Below, piece after piece: positions 41,224-50,585 of a DNA stretch of 64,000 nucleotides. The stretch is from NCBI GenBank assembly GCA_026985095.1, contig JALSQW010000056.1, positions 7,144-71,143 on the forward strand, written 5' to 3'. This DNA comes from Acidimicrobiia bacterium (GTDB taxonomy: Bacteria; Actinomycetota; Acidimicrobiia; Spongiisociales; UBA5794). How positions within the stretch are numbered: the stretch's first letter is position 1; each line of letters begins with the position of its first letter. The notes beneath the pieces are model-generated. The model had not been told where the DNA came from, did not search any database, and was given only the letters and a program-made list of their open reading frames with translations. Both the position numbers and the translations under genes were made by a program.

Positions 41224-41933
41224 TGGAGGAGCTCGAGAGCCTCGCCGACCTGCTCGACCTGCAGGACGTGGACCTGCAGATCGATCGGCTCCTCGATCGA
41301 CGGGCCGGCCTCCCCGAGCTCGACGAGTACAAGGCCGCCCACGCCGACGTGGAGCGCCTCACCAAGGACGTCGAGACGGCCGCCGAACGGCTCAAAGCCC
41401 TCGAACTGGACCTCGACAAGACGACCGGTGAGCTCGAGCTCACCGAACAGAAGGCGGCCGCCGAAGAGAACCGGCTCTACGCCGGCGGCATGTCGGCCAG
41501 GGACGCCGACTATCTCCGTCGCGAGGTCGAGATGCTCCGGACGAAGGTCTCGACCATGGAGGAACGGGTCCTCGAGCTGATGGAGGAGAAGGAGGAAGCC
41601 GAACGGGCCATCGCCGCGCTCGAACAGGACCTCGCCGACGCGACCGCCCGCAAGCAGGAGCTCGAAGGGATCATCGGTGAGGCATGGCGGAAGATCGACG
41701 CCGAGATCGGCCTCAAGGAGGCGCGCAAGGCCGAGATCGTTCCGTCGATCGACCCCGACCTCCTCGAGCTGTACGAGGAGCTGCGGCGCAGCCGGAAAGG
41801 AGCCGTCGTCGGGGCGCTGGAGAACGGGATCTGCGGCGTGTGCCATCTCAAGCTCTCCGCAGCCGAGGTCTCCGAGGTCCTCCGGGAGTCGCCGCCTCGG
41901 TGCATCCACTGCCGCGGCATCCTCGTCCCCTGA
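41223..41933 (+). CDS. Coiled-coil plus C4 zinc-ribbon protein (DUF164-like)
   Basis: 'LLDLQDVD', long coiled coil, 'CGVCH', 'CIHCRGIL'; usual neighbour of Nif3. Confidence 0.9.
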   Translation: MEELESLADLLDLQDVDLQIDRLLDRRAGLPELDEYKAAHADVERLTKDVETAAERLKALELDLDKTTGELELTEQKAAAEENRLYAGGMSARDADYLRREVEMLRTKVSTMEERVLELMEEKEEAERAIAALEQDLADATARKQELEGIIGEAWRKIDAEIGLKEARKAEIVPSIDPDLLELYEELRRSRKGAVVGALENGICGVCHLKLSAAEVSEVLRESPPRCIHCRGILVP

Positions 41934-41936
41934 GCC

Positions 41937-42467
41937 GTGTTCTTCTGGCACGCCGGGGCCACCATCGCGCTCATCCGGTACGCGTTCCGCGACGAACGGA
42001 TGGACCTCCGGTTCCTGGTCGTCGGCGCCGTCCTGCCCGATCTGCTCGACACCCCGGCCGGGTTGATCTTCTGGGATCGCTTCCACGCCGTCAGGCTCGC
42101 CGCCCACTCGCTCACGTTCGCGGCACTGATGATGATCGCCGTGATGGTCGCGACCCGCCGCGGTCGACCCCGCAAACGATGGATGCCGGTGGCCGTCGGC
42201 GTGCTGATGCACCTGTTCCTCGACGGCATGTGGAGGTTCCCGGCGACGTTGTGGTGGCCGTTCCTGGGCACCACCTTCGCGTCGAGCGGGTTCGCCACGG
42301 TGGGGGAGTACCTGCGGTGGCTCCTCACCGACTGGCGCACGTGGCTCGGAGAGGCCGTCGGGTTCGGGTACCTCGCCGTCCTCGCCCGACGGTCCCACCT
42401 CGGGGAGCCGGAGCGGCTACGCCGGTTCCTCCGAACGGGCGTCGTCGACGCCCCCATCGGCCGCTGA
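41937..42467 (+). CDS. Membrane metal-dependent hydrolase (YdjM-like)
   Basis: 'GAVLPDLLD', 'AHSL', 'HLFLD', 'LWWPF'. Confidence 0.8.
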   Translation: MFFWHAGATIALIRYAFRDERMDLRFLVVGAVLPDLLDTPAGLIFWDRFHAVRLAAHSLTFAALMMIAVMVATRRGRPRKRWMPVAVGVLMHLFLDGMWRFPATLWWPFLGTTFASSGFATVGEYLRWLLTDWRTWLGEAVGFGYLAVLARRSHLGEPERLRRFLRTGVVDAPIGR

Positions 42468-42854
42468 ATGACGGCGGTCGTACACGTGCTTGGCGCGGAA
42501 GAACATCCGGAGGGCCAACACCAGCAGGAGGATGGAGAACAGCCGACGGAGGACGGCGGCGTCGAGCTGGCGAGCCAACGCGGCCCCCCCGAGCGCGCCG
42601 AGGATCCCGGCGACCGCCAGCGGCACCGCGATGCGCCACACGACCCGTTCGCCCTTGTGGTGAGCCACCGTCGAGACGACGGCCGTCGGGAGGATGACGG
42701 CGAGGGACGTCCCCTGAGCCACATGCTGATCGAAGGCGAACAGGACCACGAGCGCCGGGACGAACACGACGCCACCGCCGATCCCCAGGCTCGCTGCCAA
42801 GGCTCCGGTCAGGAACCCGAGCGCCACCAACGCCACGAAGGTGCTCAGAGCCAC
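42417..42854 (-). CDS. Sulfite exporter TauE/SafE family, half-size protein
   Basis: 'LGIGGGVVFVP', 'QHVAQGTSL'; GTG start overlaps the end of the upstream half. Confidence 0.82.
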   Translation of the reverse strand: MALSTFVALVALGFLTGALAASLGIGGGVVFVPALVVLFAFDQHVAQGTSLAVILPTAVVSTVAHHKGERVVWRIAVPLAVAGILGALGGAALARQLDAAVLRRLFSILLLVLALRMFFRAKHVYDRRHSAADGGVDDARSEEPA

Positions 42855-43198
42855 AGGCGGACCCCCGCGATCAGCAACACGAGCGCGAACCCACCGGCGA
42901 GGACATGCTCGGGGATCCTCTCGATGAGGCGGCCACCGATCCACGCCCCGGCGCCCGAACCCACGAACAGGGCGAAGGCCGCGAACCAATCCACCTTGCC
43001 GTCGGCGGCGAACAACACGAGGGCCGCGGCGGACGACGCCACGATCGTCGCGACCGCCGTACCGGACGCCTCGTACTGGGTGAGACGCAGCCACAGCACC
43101 AGGCCGGGGACGATGATGACCCCTCCGCCGATCCCGAACAGCCCGGCCAGGAACCCGGCGACGGCGCCCAGGGCCGCTCCTTCGACGTACGCGCGCAT
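42845..43198 (-). CDS. Sulfite exporter TauE/SafE family, half-size protein
   Basis: 'GFLAGLFGIGGGVIIVP', 'ASGT', 'VDW'. Confidence 0.82.
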   Translation of the reverse strand: MRAYVEGAALGAVAGFLAGLFGIGGGVIIVPGLVLWLRLTQYEASGTAVATIVASSAAALVLFAADGKVDWFAAFALFVGSGAGAWIGGRLIERIPEHVLAGGFALVLLIAGVRLWL

Positions 43199-43269
43199 CA
43201 GCGGAACATATACGACCACGGGAGCGAACGCACATCGGGTTCGGGTCACCCCTCACTAACCTCCCAGCC

Positions 43270-43944
43270 ATGTCCCGACGCCTCCGCCCCGTCCTGGTCG
43301 CCGTTGCGTTGCTCGCTGCGGCCTGCGGCGGCGACACGACGCCGACGACCACCGGGATCCAGATCCCGACCCAGGCGGTCGCCGATTGGCTTGACGCCGT
43401 CGAGGCCCTCGACATGCCCACGCTGTCGAGCGTCGTCGTCGACGGGTCGTTGGCGGTGGTCATGGGCATCGAGAACGACCTGCCGCCCGAGCAGATCGCG
43501 GCGCTCCTCGACGGCGGCGTCCCCGCCGACGTGGAAGAGGCCTACTGGCGATCCTTCCGTGAGGAATTCGCTGCCTTCGCCGGGCGACCGATCTCCACCC
43601 TCGCCGTCGGTGACGCCGAGGAGTTCGAAGCCGAGGGCGTGAGCTACGCCGCGGTGGAGGTCGTCGGGACCGGTGGAGCGTCGTCGGTGGTGATCGTTCG
43701 CCGTGACCCGGCCTCGGGATGGGCCGTCGACCCGGTGGCCACCCTCGCCCCCGGGTTCATCGGGCCGCTCCGGCGGGAGTTCGAGAACCTCCCCGGGGGG
43801 GAGGCAGGTGAATCCGTCACCGCCGCCTATCGCGCCTTCGTCTCCCCATCGCTGTGGGCGGCGCTGGGCTCGGGCGCCTTCGACGACCGGTTCGCCAGAG
43901 AGGCGTTGTCGTTGATCGAGGAGATCGACGCCTCAGGGGCATAG
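43270..43944 (+). CDS. Hypothetical lipoprotein
   Basis: Lipobox 'LAAAC'; 224 aa. Confidence 0.7.
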   Translation: MSRRLRPVLVAVALLAAACGGDTTPTTTGIQIPTQAVADWLDAVEALDMPTLSSVVVDGSLAVVMGIENDLPPEQIAALLDGGVPADVEEAYWRSFREEFAAFAGRPISTLAVGDAEEFEAEGVSYAAVEVVGTGGASSVVIVRRDPASGWAVDPVATLAPGFIGPLRREFENLPGGEAGESVTAAYRAFVSPSLWAALGSGAFDDRFAREALSLIEEIDASGA

Positions 43945-43962
43945 GACCCGCACGGCGACCCG

Positions 43963-44952
43963 TCAACCCACCGGTTCGAGGGCTCGGAGACGGGGCAACA
44001 CCTCGGACCCGAGCATCCGGATCGTCTCCTCCTGGTGCAGGGAGGTCGTCTGGATCGTCACCACGTCCGCTCCGACTTCGGTGATCAGCGGCCGGTAGAC
44101 CTCGACGTAGTCGTCGGCGTCCTCGACGATGCTGTAGCGCGCCAAGATCTCGTCCCGCGGCATCTGGTCGGCGCGTTCGCGTAGCTCCAACGGGTCGACG
44201 GCCTCGAGGCGCCCAGGCGCCCGCAGACCGCGCCATGCCAGCAACGCCTGCCACGCCTCGTCGGCGTCCGCGGCTCGTACGGACCAACGGGTCCCGACGA
44301 TCGTCGGCATCGGTCCTCCGTCGATCGCGACCCCCGCAGGATCGATCACCCGCTCCTTCGTGACCGCCGGATCCTTCACCGAGGTGATGATGCCCTGGGC
44401 CTTGGTGGCTGCCAGCGTGGCCGACTTCGGCCCCCCCGCCGCCATCCAGATCGGGACGGGGCCGATCGGCGGGCTGTAGAGCTTCGCCCGGTCCGTCCGG
44501 TAGTACTCCCCGTCGTAGGTCAGTTTCTCGCCGTCCAGGAGCCGGCGCATGATCTCCAGGGCCTCGCGCATACGGGCCGCTCGCTCTGCGTACTTCGGGA
44601 ACCGGTAGCCGAGCGGTCCTTCGTTCAGGTTCTCCCCGGTGCCGACCCCGAGGTTGAACCGTCCCCCGGAGAGGCGATCCAACGTGGCGGCCGCCTGGGC
44701 GACGACGCCGGGATGGAACCGGAACAGCGGAGTCGTCACCGCGGTGGTGAGCTCGACGCGTTCGGTGACCTGCGCCATCGCTCCGATCGTCGAATACGCG
44801 AACCCCGCTGCGGAGGCGTCGTCGACCCAAGGATGGAAATGCTCGGACACCAACACCATGTCGAAGCCCGCCTCTTCGGCCAGGGCGGCGTGACGAACCA
44901 GGACCTCCGGCTGGAACTGCTCGTGGCCACAGAAGTACGCGAATCTCGTCAC
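43963..44952 (-). CDS. F420-dependent LLM class oxidoreductase (G6PDH-like family)
   Basis: 'HEQF', 'SEHFHPW', 'VAQAAATL', 'GVGTGENLNE', 'AAGGP'. Confidence 0.92.
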   Translation of the reverse strand: MTRFAYFCGHEQFQPEVLVRHAALAEEAGFDMVLVSEHFHPWVDDASAAGFAYSTIGAMAQVTERVELTTAVTTPLFRFHPGVVAQAAATLDRLSGGRFNLGVGTGENLNEGPLGYRFPKYAERAARMREALEIMRRLLDGEKLTYDGEYYRTDRAKLYSPPIGPVPIWMAAGGPKSATLAATKAQGIITSVKDPAVTKERVIDPAGVAIDGGPMPTIVGTRWSVRAADADEAWQALLAWRGLRAPGRLEAVDPLELRERADQMPRDEILARYSIVEDADDYVEVYRPLITEVGADVVTIQTTSLHQEETIRMLGSEVLPRLRALEPVG

Positions 44953-45026
44953 GGGAGCTCTCCAAGGTCGGGGTCCGCAGGCTAGTGTCGGTGGGGAAGG
45001 GGAGAGAACGAGGCAGGGAGGACCCC

Positions 45027-45692
45027 ATGTCGGGCAACGTCCGGAAGCTGATCGCCGAGGTGCTCGGAACCTACGCCCTGGTGCTGTTCGGAGGTCTCGC
45101 GATCCTGGCCGCCGCCAAGAGCGGAGCGGCCACGCCGCTGCTGGTCATCGCCTTCGGGTTCGGGCTCGGACTGATGGTGGGACTGTACGCCTTCGGTGAG
45201 GTCTCCGGAGGCCATTTCAACCCCGCCGTCAGCCTCGCCATGGCACTCGACGGTCGCATGACGGCGACCGACATGGTCGCCTATTGGATCGCACAGATCG
45301 TCGGCGGCGTCCTCGCCGCCCTCACCATCCTCGTCGCATCCTCACAGGCGGCCGTGGCCGGAACCGCCACGGTGCTGGCCGAGGACGTGAGCGTCGGCAG
45401 CGGGTTCCTGCTCGAGGCGCTGTTCACGGCGCTGTTCGTCGCCGTCATCTTGAAGGCCACCACGAGCGACGCGTCCTCGCCGAGCGCGTTCTTGGCCATC
45501 TCCCTGACACTGCTGATCGTCCACGTCGTCCTCGTGCCGTTCACGGGAACGGGGGTGAACCCGGCGCGATCCCTCGGCCCCGGGATCGTCGGGAACGTGT
45601 GGACCGACCAATGGATCTACTGGATCGCGCCCCTGGTCGGCTCGGCGGTGGGGTGGGGCCTCTACCGGGCCGTCAGCGCCGAACGCGTCTGA
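45027..45692 (+). CDS. Aquaporin (MIP family)
   Basis: 'SGGHFNPAVS' and 'VNPARS'. Confidence 0.95.
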   Translation: MSGNVRKLIAEVLGTYALVLFGGLAILAAAKSGAATPLLVIAFGFGLGLMVGLYAFGEVSGGHFNPAVSLAMALDGRMTATDMVAYWIAQIVGGVLAALTILVASSQAAVAGTATVLAEDVSVGSGFLLEALFTALFVAVILKATTSDASSPSAFLAISLTLLIVHVVLVPFTGTGVNPARSLGPGIVGNVWTDQWIYWIAPLVGSAVGWGLYRAVSAERV

Positions 45693-45787
45693 CCGACCGA
45701 GCCTCCAGGATCCACCGGGATCGCTCAAGGGCAGGCCGGAACCACCCGAAAACCTCCACGTGAGCCGCCGAACGGTGGAGAAGGACC

Positions 45788-46639
45788 ATGGCCACGCCAG
45801 ACGACCGATCGACCCCGAAGATCCTCCTCGTCGAAGACAACCCGTTGCATGCCCGCCTCGTCATGACGATGCTGAGCGAAGCCTGGCCGGGGTTCGACAC
45901 CTTGGCCCAGGCCAGACGCCTCGATTCCGCCCTCGAGCTCGCCGGCACGGCCTCGCCCGACTGCATCCTGCTCGATCTCGTCCTCCCCGACGCCGACGGG
46001 GTCGAAGCGGTGGAGGCCATGGTCGCCGCCGAGCCCGATGTCCCGATCGTGGTGCTGAGCTCCCACGACGACGACGCGACGGCGCTGCGTGCCCTCGCCG
46101 AAGGCGCCCAGGACTACCTCGTCAAGGGCATCGTGGACGCCGAGGGTCTGGCACGGGCCATCCGGTACGCGATCGGCCGGCATGCCACCCGATCCACGCC
46201 GGGCCGACGTCGGGTCGTTCCCTTCCCGACCCTTCCGGAACCGCCGGGCGCCGCCGACGGCCCGCCTCCCGCCGGTTCGGCCCTCATCGACCGGCGCGGC
46301 ACGATCCGCTACCTGGAAGAGGGCGTCGCCGAGATGCTCGGTCGTCCCCTTCACGAGATCGTCGGGTCCTCGATCGCCACCCTCACCCATCCCGACGACG
46401 TGCCGATCTGGGACGATGCCCTCGCAGGCACCACGGCGGTCATCGACGGCACACGGTCGATCATCGTCCGTGTCCGCCACGGCGCCGGCCACGATCAACG
46501 AGTGACCGTGCAGCTCGATGGCCTGCGGGGTGGGTCGGGGGAGATCGAGGCGTATCTCGCCACCTACCATCCCCACATGGAGGAAGGCACCGTCGCCTCG
46601 GGTGGCACCTACGTCGTCATGTCCGACTGGAGCGGGTGA
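45788..46639 (+). CDS. Response regulator receiver domain plus PAS-like domain
   Basis: 'ILLVEDN', 'ILLDLVLPD..G', 'GAQDYLVK'; 'MLGR..EIVG..LTHPDD'. Confidence 0.85.
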   Translation: MATPDDRSTPKILLVEDNPLHARLVMTMLSEAWPGFDTLAQARRLDSALELAGTASPDCILLDLVLPDADGVEAVEAMVAAEPDVPIVVLSSHDDDATALRALAEGAQDYLVKGIVDAEGLARAIRYAIGRHATRSTPGRRRVVPFPTLPEPPGAADGPPPAGSALIDRRGTIRYLEEGVAEMLGRPLHEIVGSSIATLTHPDDVPIWDDALAGTTAVIDGTRSIIVRVRHGAGHDQRVTVQLDGLRGGSGEIEAYLATYHPHMEEGTVASGGTYVVMSDWSG

Positions 46640-47930
46640 ACGAGGAAGGTTCCCGGGCCGGGAAACCACCGACCAGGACGACCCCGCCGGCGACCAACGC
46701 CACCAGCTCCCAACGCACCTGACCGCCGGTGTCGACGATGCCGCGAACCACCAAGAACGCGATACCCACGATCGTCGCGGCGACCCCGATCGCCGTCAGC
46801 CACGGCGTCGGTGAGGTCACCACCGGCCGGACCCGATGCTCGAACCGGCCGAAGATCCACAACAGCGGCCACGTCGCGGCACCCAGGACGACCAGCCACA
46901 AGGGCCGTGTCCACCACCACGCCGCCGACAGCGGTTCGATCCCGAATCCGACGCCGAGGCCGTAGCCGGCCAGGACCACCAGGGCCAGCGCGGTGAGATG
47001 CCACAGGTACAACGTCATGATGACCGCCTGGATCGACACGACCACCGTCCACGGTCCCGTTCGCCTCAGGAACCGGTTGGCGACGGGTTCGACGGCTCGG
47101 ATCGCGAAGTACTGGACGGCCGTCAGCGCCAGCAGGGCCGCCGTCGGAGGCAGCGTGTTGTTCCTCGTCGCGCCCGGGATCCCGACCATCGAGATCGGAT
47201 ACACCCCGCCGACCGTCGACGCCACCAGGACCACCGCCGCGATCGCGGCGCCCACCCCGATCGCACGCGGCGACGGCCGGCGCTCCTCATCGGCCCACCG
47301 GTAACCGAGCTGATGGGCCGTGAACCACACGAACACGTAGTTGCTCCACCCGATCCAATCCTGCCCCGTCGCCGCCCTGGCAGCGTCGACGACGACGGCG
47401 GCCGTCGTCCCCGCCACGATCGACCACCAGCCGAGACGTTCCCACACCCGCAACGTGACCGGTACCGCCGCGATGACCAACAGATAGACCGCCAGGAACC
47501 ACAGCGGCGTCACGGCCGCCAGGCTGCCGCTGCGGACGAGCGCCGGGTCGATCCCGGCCGCTTGCGTCGCGAGGACCAACGCGAGCCAGGTGAGGAGGAA
47601 GGGCACCACCGGGGTCAGGAGCCGCCGGAACCGCACGACGATCCACGCCGCCGGTTGCACCCCTCGAGCCTCAGCCGACCGGAAGGACCGCAGGTTGGCG
47701 TAGCCGCCGGCGATGAAGAACACCGGGATCACCTGCACGATCCATGTCAGCCAGGTGGTCCAGGAGGCCAACTCGAGGATGTTGGTGAACCGAAGCGCGC
47801 CATCGTCGACCCACACCGCGGCTGCCAGCCAGTGGCCGAGGACCACCAGCGAGATCGACACCGCCCGGGCCAGATCGACGGTGCGGTTCCGGTCGTCGGG
47901 CGTGGCTTGGACGGCGCTTCGGATGTCCAT
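46617..47930 (-). CDS. Acyltransferase family 3 membrane protein
   Basis: 'RNRTVDLAR..VVLGHW', 'QVIPVFF..GG', 'PLWFLAVY', 'MTLYLWH'. Confidence 0.88.
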   Translation of the reverse strand: MDIRSAVQATPDDRNRTVDLARAVSISLVVLGHWLAAAVWVDDGALRFTNILELASWTTWLTWIVQVIPVFFIAGGYANLRSFRSAEARGVQPAAWIVVRFRRLLTPVVPFLLTWLALVLATQAAGIDPALVRSGSLAAVTPLWFLAVYLLVIAAVPVTLRVWERLGWWSIVAGTTAAVVVDAARAATGQDWIGWSNYVFVWFTAHQLGYRWADEERRPSPRAIGVGAAIAAVVLVASTVGGVYPISMVGIPGATRNNTLPPTAALLALTAVQYFAIRAVEPVANRFLRRTGPWTVVVSIQAVIMTLYLWHLTALALVVLAGYGLGVGFGIEPLSAAWWWTRPLWLVVLGAATWPLLWIFGRFEHRVRPVVTSPTPWLTAIGVAATIVGIAFLVVRGIVDTGGQVRWELVALVAGGVVLVGGFPAREPSSFTRSSRT

Positions 47931-48010
47931 GGTCTCCTCCCGCCCAGGAGGGTACCGGGGGCGCGTCCCCGGACGCGGAGCGACCCCCGTTCCCGGGGGT
48001 CGCTCCATGC

Positions 48011-48363
48011 GGCGAGTCCGTCGGTAAGCCGGATTCTGTCGTGGGCGATCATCTATCTGGGGCCGACGTTGCCGCCGACCTCGATGCGGCCTACCCGGGA
48101 CGTGACGGGCGGGCCACCCTGTCCCTGTTCGGCCTTGCTCCGGATGGGGTTTGCCGAGCCGTCCCGGTCGCCCGGGACGCTGGTGGTCTCTTACACCACC
48201 GTTTCACCCTTGCCTGTGCCCGTTGCCGGGCCATCGGCGGTCTGCTCTCTGTTGCACTTTCCGTCGGGTCACCCCGCCTGGGCGTTACCCAGCATCCTGC
48301 CCTGTGGAGTCCGGACTTTCCTCGACCGGGGTCGCCCGGCCGCGATCGCCTCGCGAACTCGCC
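48011..48363 (-). ncRNA. rnpB: RNase P RNA (bacterial, type A-like)
   Basis: Minus strand carries 'GAGGAAAGTCCGG', 'AGTGCAACAG', 'GGGTGAAACGG', 'GGCAAACCCC', 'ACAGAATCCGGCTTA'; the ends pair as P1 (GGCGAGT/ACTCGCC). Confidence 0.97.
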
Positions 48364-48437
48364 TCTCGGGAACGTTACCGACCGGTGGCGGATTCCCTCG
48401 GCGTTCCCCCGGTCGGTGGGGAGAACCCGGCCGCGAC

Positions 48438-48824
48438 CTACAGCGAGTCGCGGACCCGCATCAGCTTGTCGCGAACCTGTGCGGCGATGTCGTGCACACC
48501 CGCAGCGTCGACCAGGCCGAGGACGGCGGCGGGATCCATGAACGACACGACGACGCCGTCACCGTCCTCACGGACGACCACGTTGCATGGCAGCAACGCG
48601 CCGATGTTCGGATCGGCTTCGATCGCCTGATGGGCCAGCGGCGGGTTGCAGGCGCCGAGGATCAGGTAGGGAGCCATGTCCACATCCAGCTTGGTCTTCA
48701 GCGTCGACTGGACGTCGATCTCGGTGAGCACGCCGAAACCCTCCGACGCCAGAGCGTCCCGTACGCGCTGGACGACGGCGGAGAACTGGCCGTCGGGTCG
48801 AGTCTCGAAGGTGTAGGTGGGCAT
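48438..48824 (-). CDS. DUF302 domain protein
   Basis: 'GFGVLTEIDVQ', 'YLILGACNP', 'IGALLPCNVVV'. Confidence 0.92.
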   Translation of the reverse strand: MPTYTFETRPDGQFSAVVQRVRDALASEGFGVLTEIDVQSTLKTKLDVDMAPYLILGACNPPLAHQAIEADPNIGALLPCNVVVREDGDGVVVSFMDPAAVLGLVDAAGVHDIAAQVRDKLMRVRDSL

Positions 48825-48879
48825 CGTGGGTCCTTTCGGACGGGACGTTCGGTCCCCAGCGTATCGGACTCCACCGGCA

Positions 48880-48925
48880 ACGCGACCCGGCTCTCGCAGG
48901 GAGGGTCGCGAGAGCCGGGTCGCGT
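48880..48925 (-). terminator. 18-bp-stem hairpin downstream of the dsrE-like gene
   Basis: ACGCGACCCGGCTCTCGC-10 nt-GCGAGAGCCGGGTCGCGT. Confidence 0.65.
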
Positions 48926-48934
48926 CTCGGTGGG

Positions 48935-49459
48935 TCAGATGAACATCGTCTGGGCGCCTTCGATCAGCTCGATGAAGTCCGTCGCGGAGATGATGCCCTC
49001 GACCTCGTCGAACAGGTCGTCTTCGGTCAGCTTCATCATGTCGACCGACATCTTGCAGGCCCACAGATGGCCGCCCGCATCGGCGATGAGCTGCAGGAAC
49101 TCGGGCACGTCGGGCACGTCGAGCTCCTCCAGTTGCTTCCGCATCTGATGGGTCGCCATCGTGGTCACGCCCGGCAGCGGCGTGAGCGCCGCGGGCATGT
49201 GCGTCGCCGGGTTCGCCATGGGCGTGAACTTGAGATCGCCCATCGTCTTCTTGTTGATGATGTCCATGCCCCAGAAGGTGAAGAAGATATGGGTCTCGAT
49301 CCCCTCACCCAGGGCGGCGTTGGCCATCACGAGCGCCGGGTAGGCCATGTCCAGGGTGCCCTTGGAGGCGACGAAGGCGATCTTCCGGTCGCTCTCGTCC
49401 TCCCCGAAATCGGGCACCACGGCGGTGGCCTGCTCGGGGGCCTTCTCGGTGGTGGTCAT
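48935..49459 (-). CDS. DsrE/DsrF/DrsH-like sulfur-relay protein
   Basis: 'SKGTLDMAYP', 'IFFTFWG', 'WACKMSVDMM'. Confidence 0.9.
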   Translation of the reverse strand: MTTTEKAPEQATAVVPDFGEDESDRKIAFVASKGTLDMAYPALVMANAALGEGIETHIFFTFWGMDIINKKTMGDLKFTPMANPATHMPAALTPLPGVTTMATHQMRKQLEELDVPDVPEFLQLIADAGGHLWACKMSVDMMKLTEDDLFDEVEGIISATDFIELIEGAQTMFI

Positions 49460-49479
49460 GTTCGGTGTCCTCCTTGTTC

Positions 49480-49797
49480 CTACACGCAACCGTGGGGCTT
49501 CGGCAGGCCGGCGATGTACGCCATCTTCTTGGCGGGCTTCTTCGGGAAGAGCTTGAACAGCTCCTTGGTGGGGAAGCCACCGACGGTCGACACCCGCCGC
49601 AACGTCGGGGTCTCGCCCGTCTCGGAGAAATCCTCCCTGAGGAACTTGATGACCCGCCAGTGCTCCTCGGTGAGCTCATCGATCCCGATGTTCTTCGCGA
49701 GTTGCTTGGCGAGCTCCTCGTCCCACTCGTCGTAGTTGGTCATGAAGCCTTCGTCGTCGACGTGGACTTCCTTGCCTCCGATCGTGGTGACCGGCAT
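49480..49797 (-). CDS. TusE/DsrC family sulfur carrier with a single C-terminal Cys
   Basis: 'VDDEGF', 'LTEEHWRVI.FLR', 'LFKLFP', C-terminus 'AYIAGLPKPHGCV'. Confidence 0.92.
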   Translation of the reverse strand: MPVTTIGGKEVHVDDEGFMTNYDEWDEELAKQLAKNIGIDELTEEHWRVIKFLREDFSETGETPTLRRVSTVGGFPTKELFKLFPKKPAKKMAYIAGLPKPHGCV

Positions 49798-50585
49798 CAC
49801 GCACCTCCTGCGTCGTCTCGTTCCTGGTCGTCCTTCGCGTCCGGCTCGGGGAACGCTTCCGTGCCGGGGACGAACTTCCGTGGCGGCCCCGTGTCCACCG
49901 TGGAGACGGCCTTGAGGGTGCTGAGCGCCCGACGCAGTCCACGACGGACCTCGGGGTCCCGCATCAGCTTGAGGAGCTCCCACATGCTGGGCGGCTCTTC
50001 GGGTTCGCTGGCGAGCTGCTCCTGCTGCTGGTGGATCCGCTCCAACATCCGGTAGATGATCGCCATGATCTCGGGCTGGGTCATCTCCTTGACCGTGTTG
50101 AGGATGAGCACCACGTTGTCGCCGAGCGCCTCCACGTCCTCCTCGGTGAACCCGGTGACCACCCGGTCGACGACCTCCAATCCGGCCTTGGCGAACGAGA
50201 AGTAGCCGCGTTCGTCGAGGGTCTGGAGTCCGTCGGTGGCCAGGTCCATGGCCTGGGCCGAGATCGGCGAGAGGACCTCGACCAGTTGGGCGGCGCTCTC
50301 GAGCTGCGCCACGGCCGCATCCATCGTGTCGATGTTGGCCGCCAGGCGTCGCAACAACGACACGACCTGGTCTGCGGTGATGCCGGCTTCGTCGAGCTCC
50401 GCCGCGACGTCGCCGAGGACCTTGGCGCCGATCGGCATGATCGTCGCCTGGAGGTCCTCCCAGCCCTCACGGCGGATGCGGGCGGCGCGGGCCTCCTCGA
50501 CCAGGAAGGCGACCTGCTCGCTCAACGCGTCCACCTTCCGTTCGAGCTCGGCGGTGCGGTCATCGGTGATCGTGGTAGCCATCAC
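49797..50585 (-). CDS. DUF1641-like helical protein
   Basis: C-terminal 'SMWELLKLMRDPEVRRGL'; coupled to sqr and the tusE-like gene. Confidence 0.8.
   Translation of the reverse strand: MMATTITDDRTAELERKVDALSEQVAFLVEEARAARIRREGWEDLQATIMPIGAKVLGDVAAELDEAGITADQVVSLLRRLAANIDTMDAAVAQLESAAQLVEVLSPISAQAMDLATDGLQTLDERGYFSFAKAGLEVVDRVVTGFTEEDVEALGDNVVLILNTVKEMTQPEIMAIIYRMLERIHQQQEQLASEPEEPPSMWELLKLMRDPEVRRGLRRALSTLKAVSTVDTGPPRKFVPGTEAFPEPDAKDDQERDDAGGA

Noticed and set aside
48041..48630. ORFs overlapping 48011-48363
   Set aside because: The region is the RNase P RNA gene on the minus strand, followed by the DUF302 gene.
48935..49797. Dissimilatory sulfite reduction or reverse Dsr pathway
   Set aside because: The DsrC-like protein lacks the second Cys, and no dsrAB or dsrMKJOP genes are in the window.
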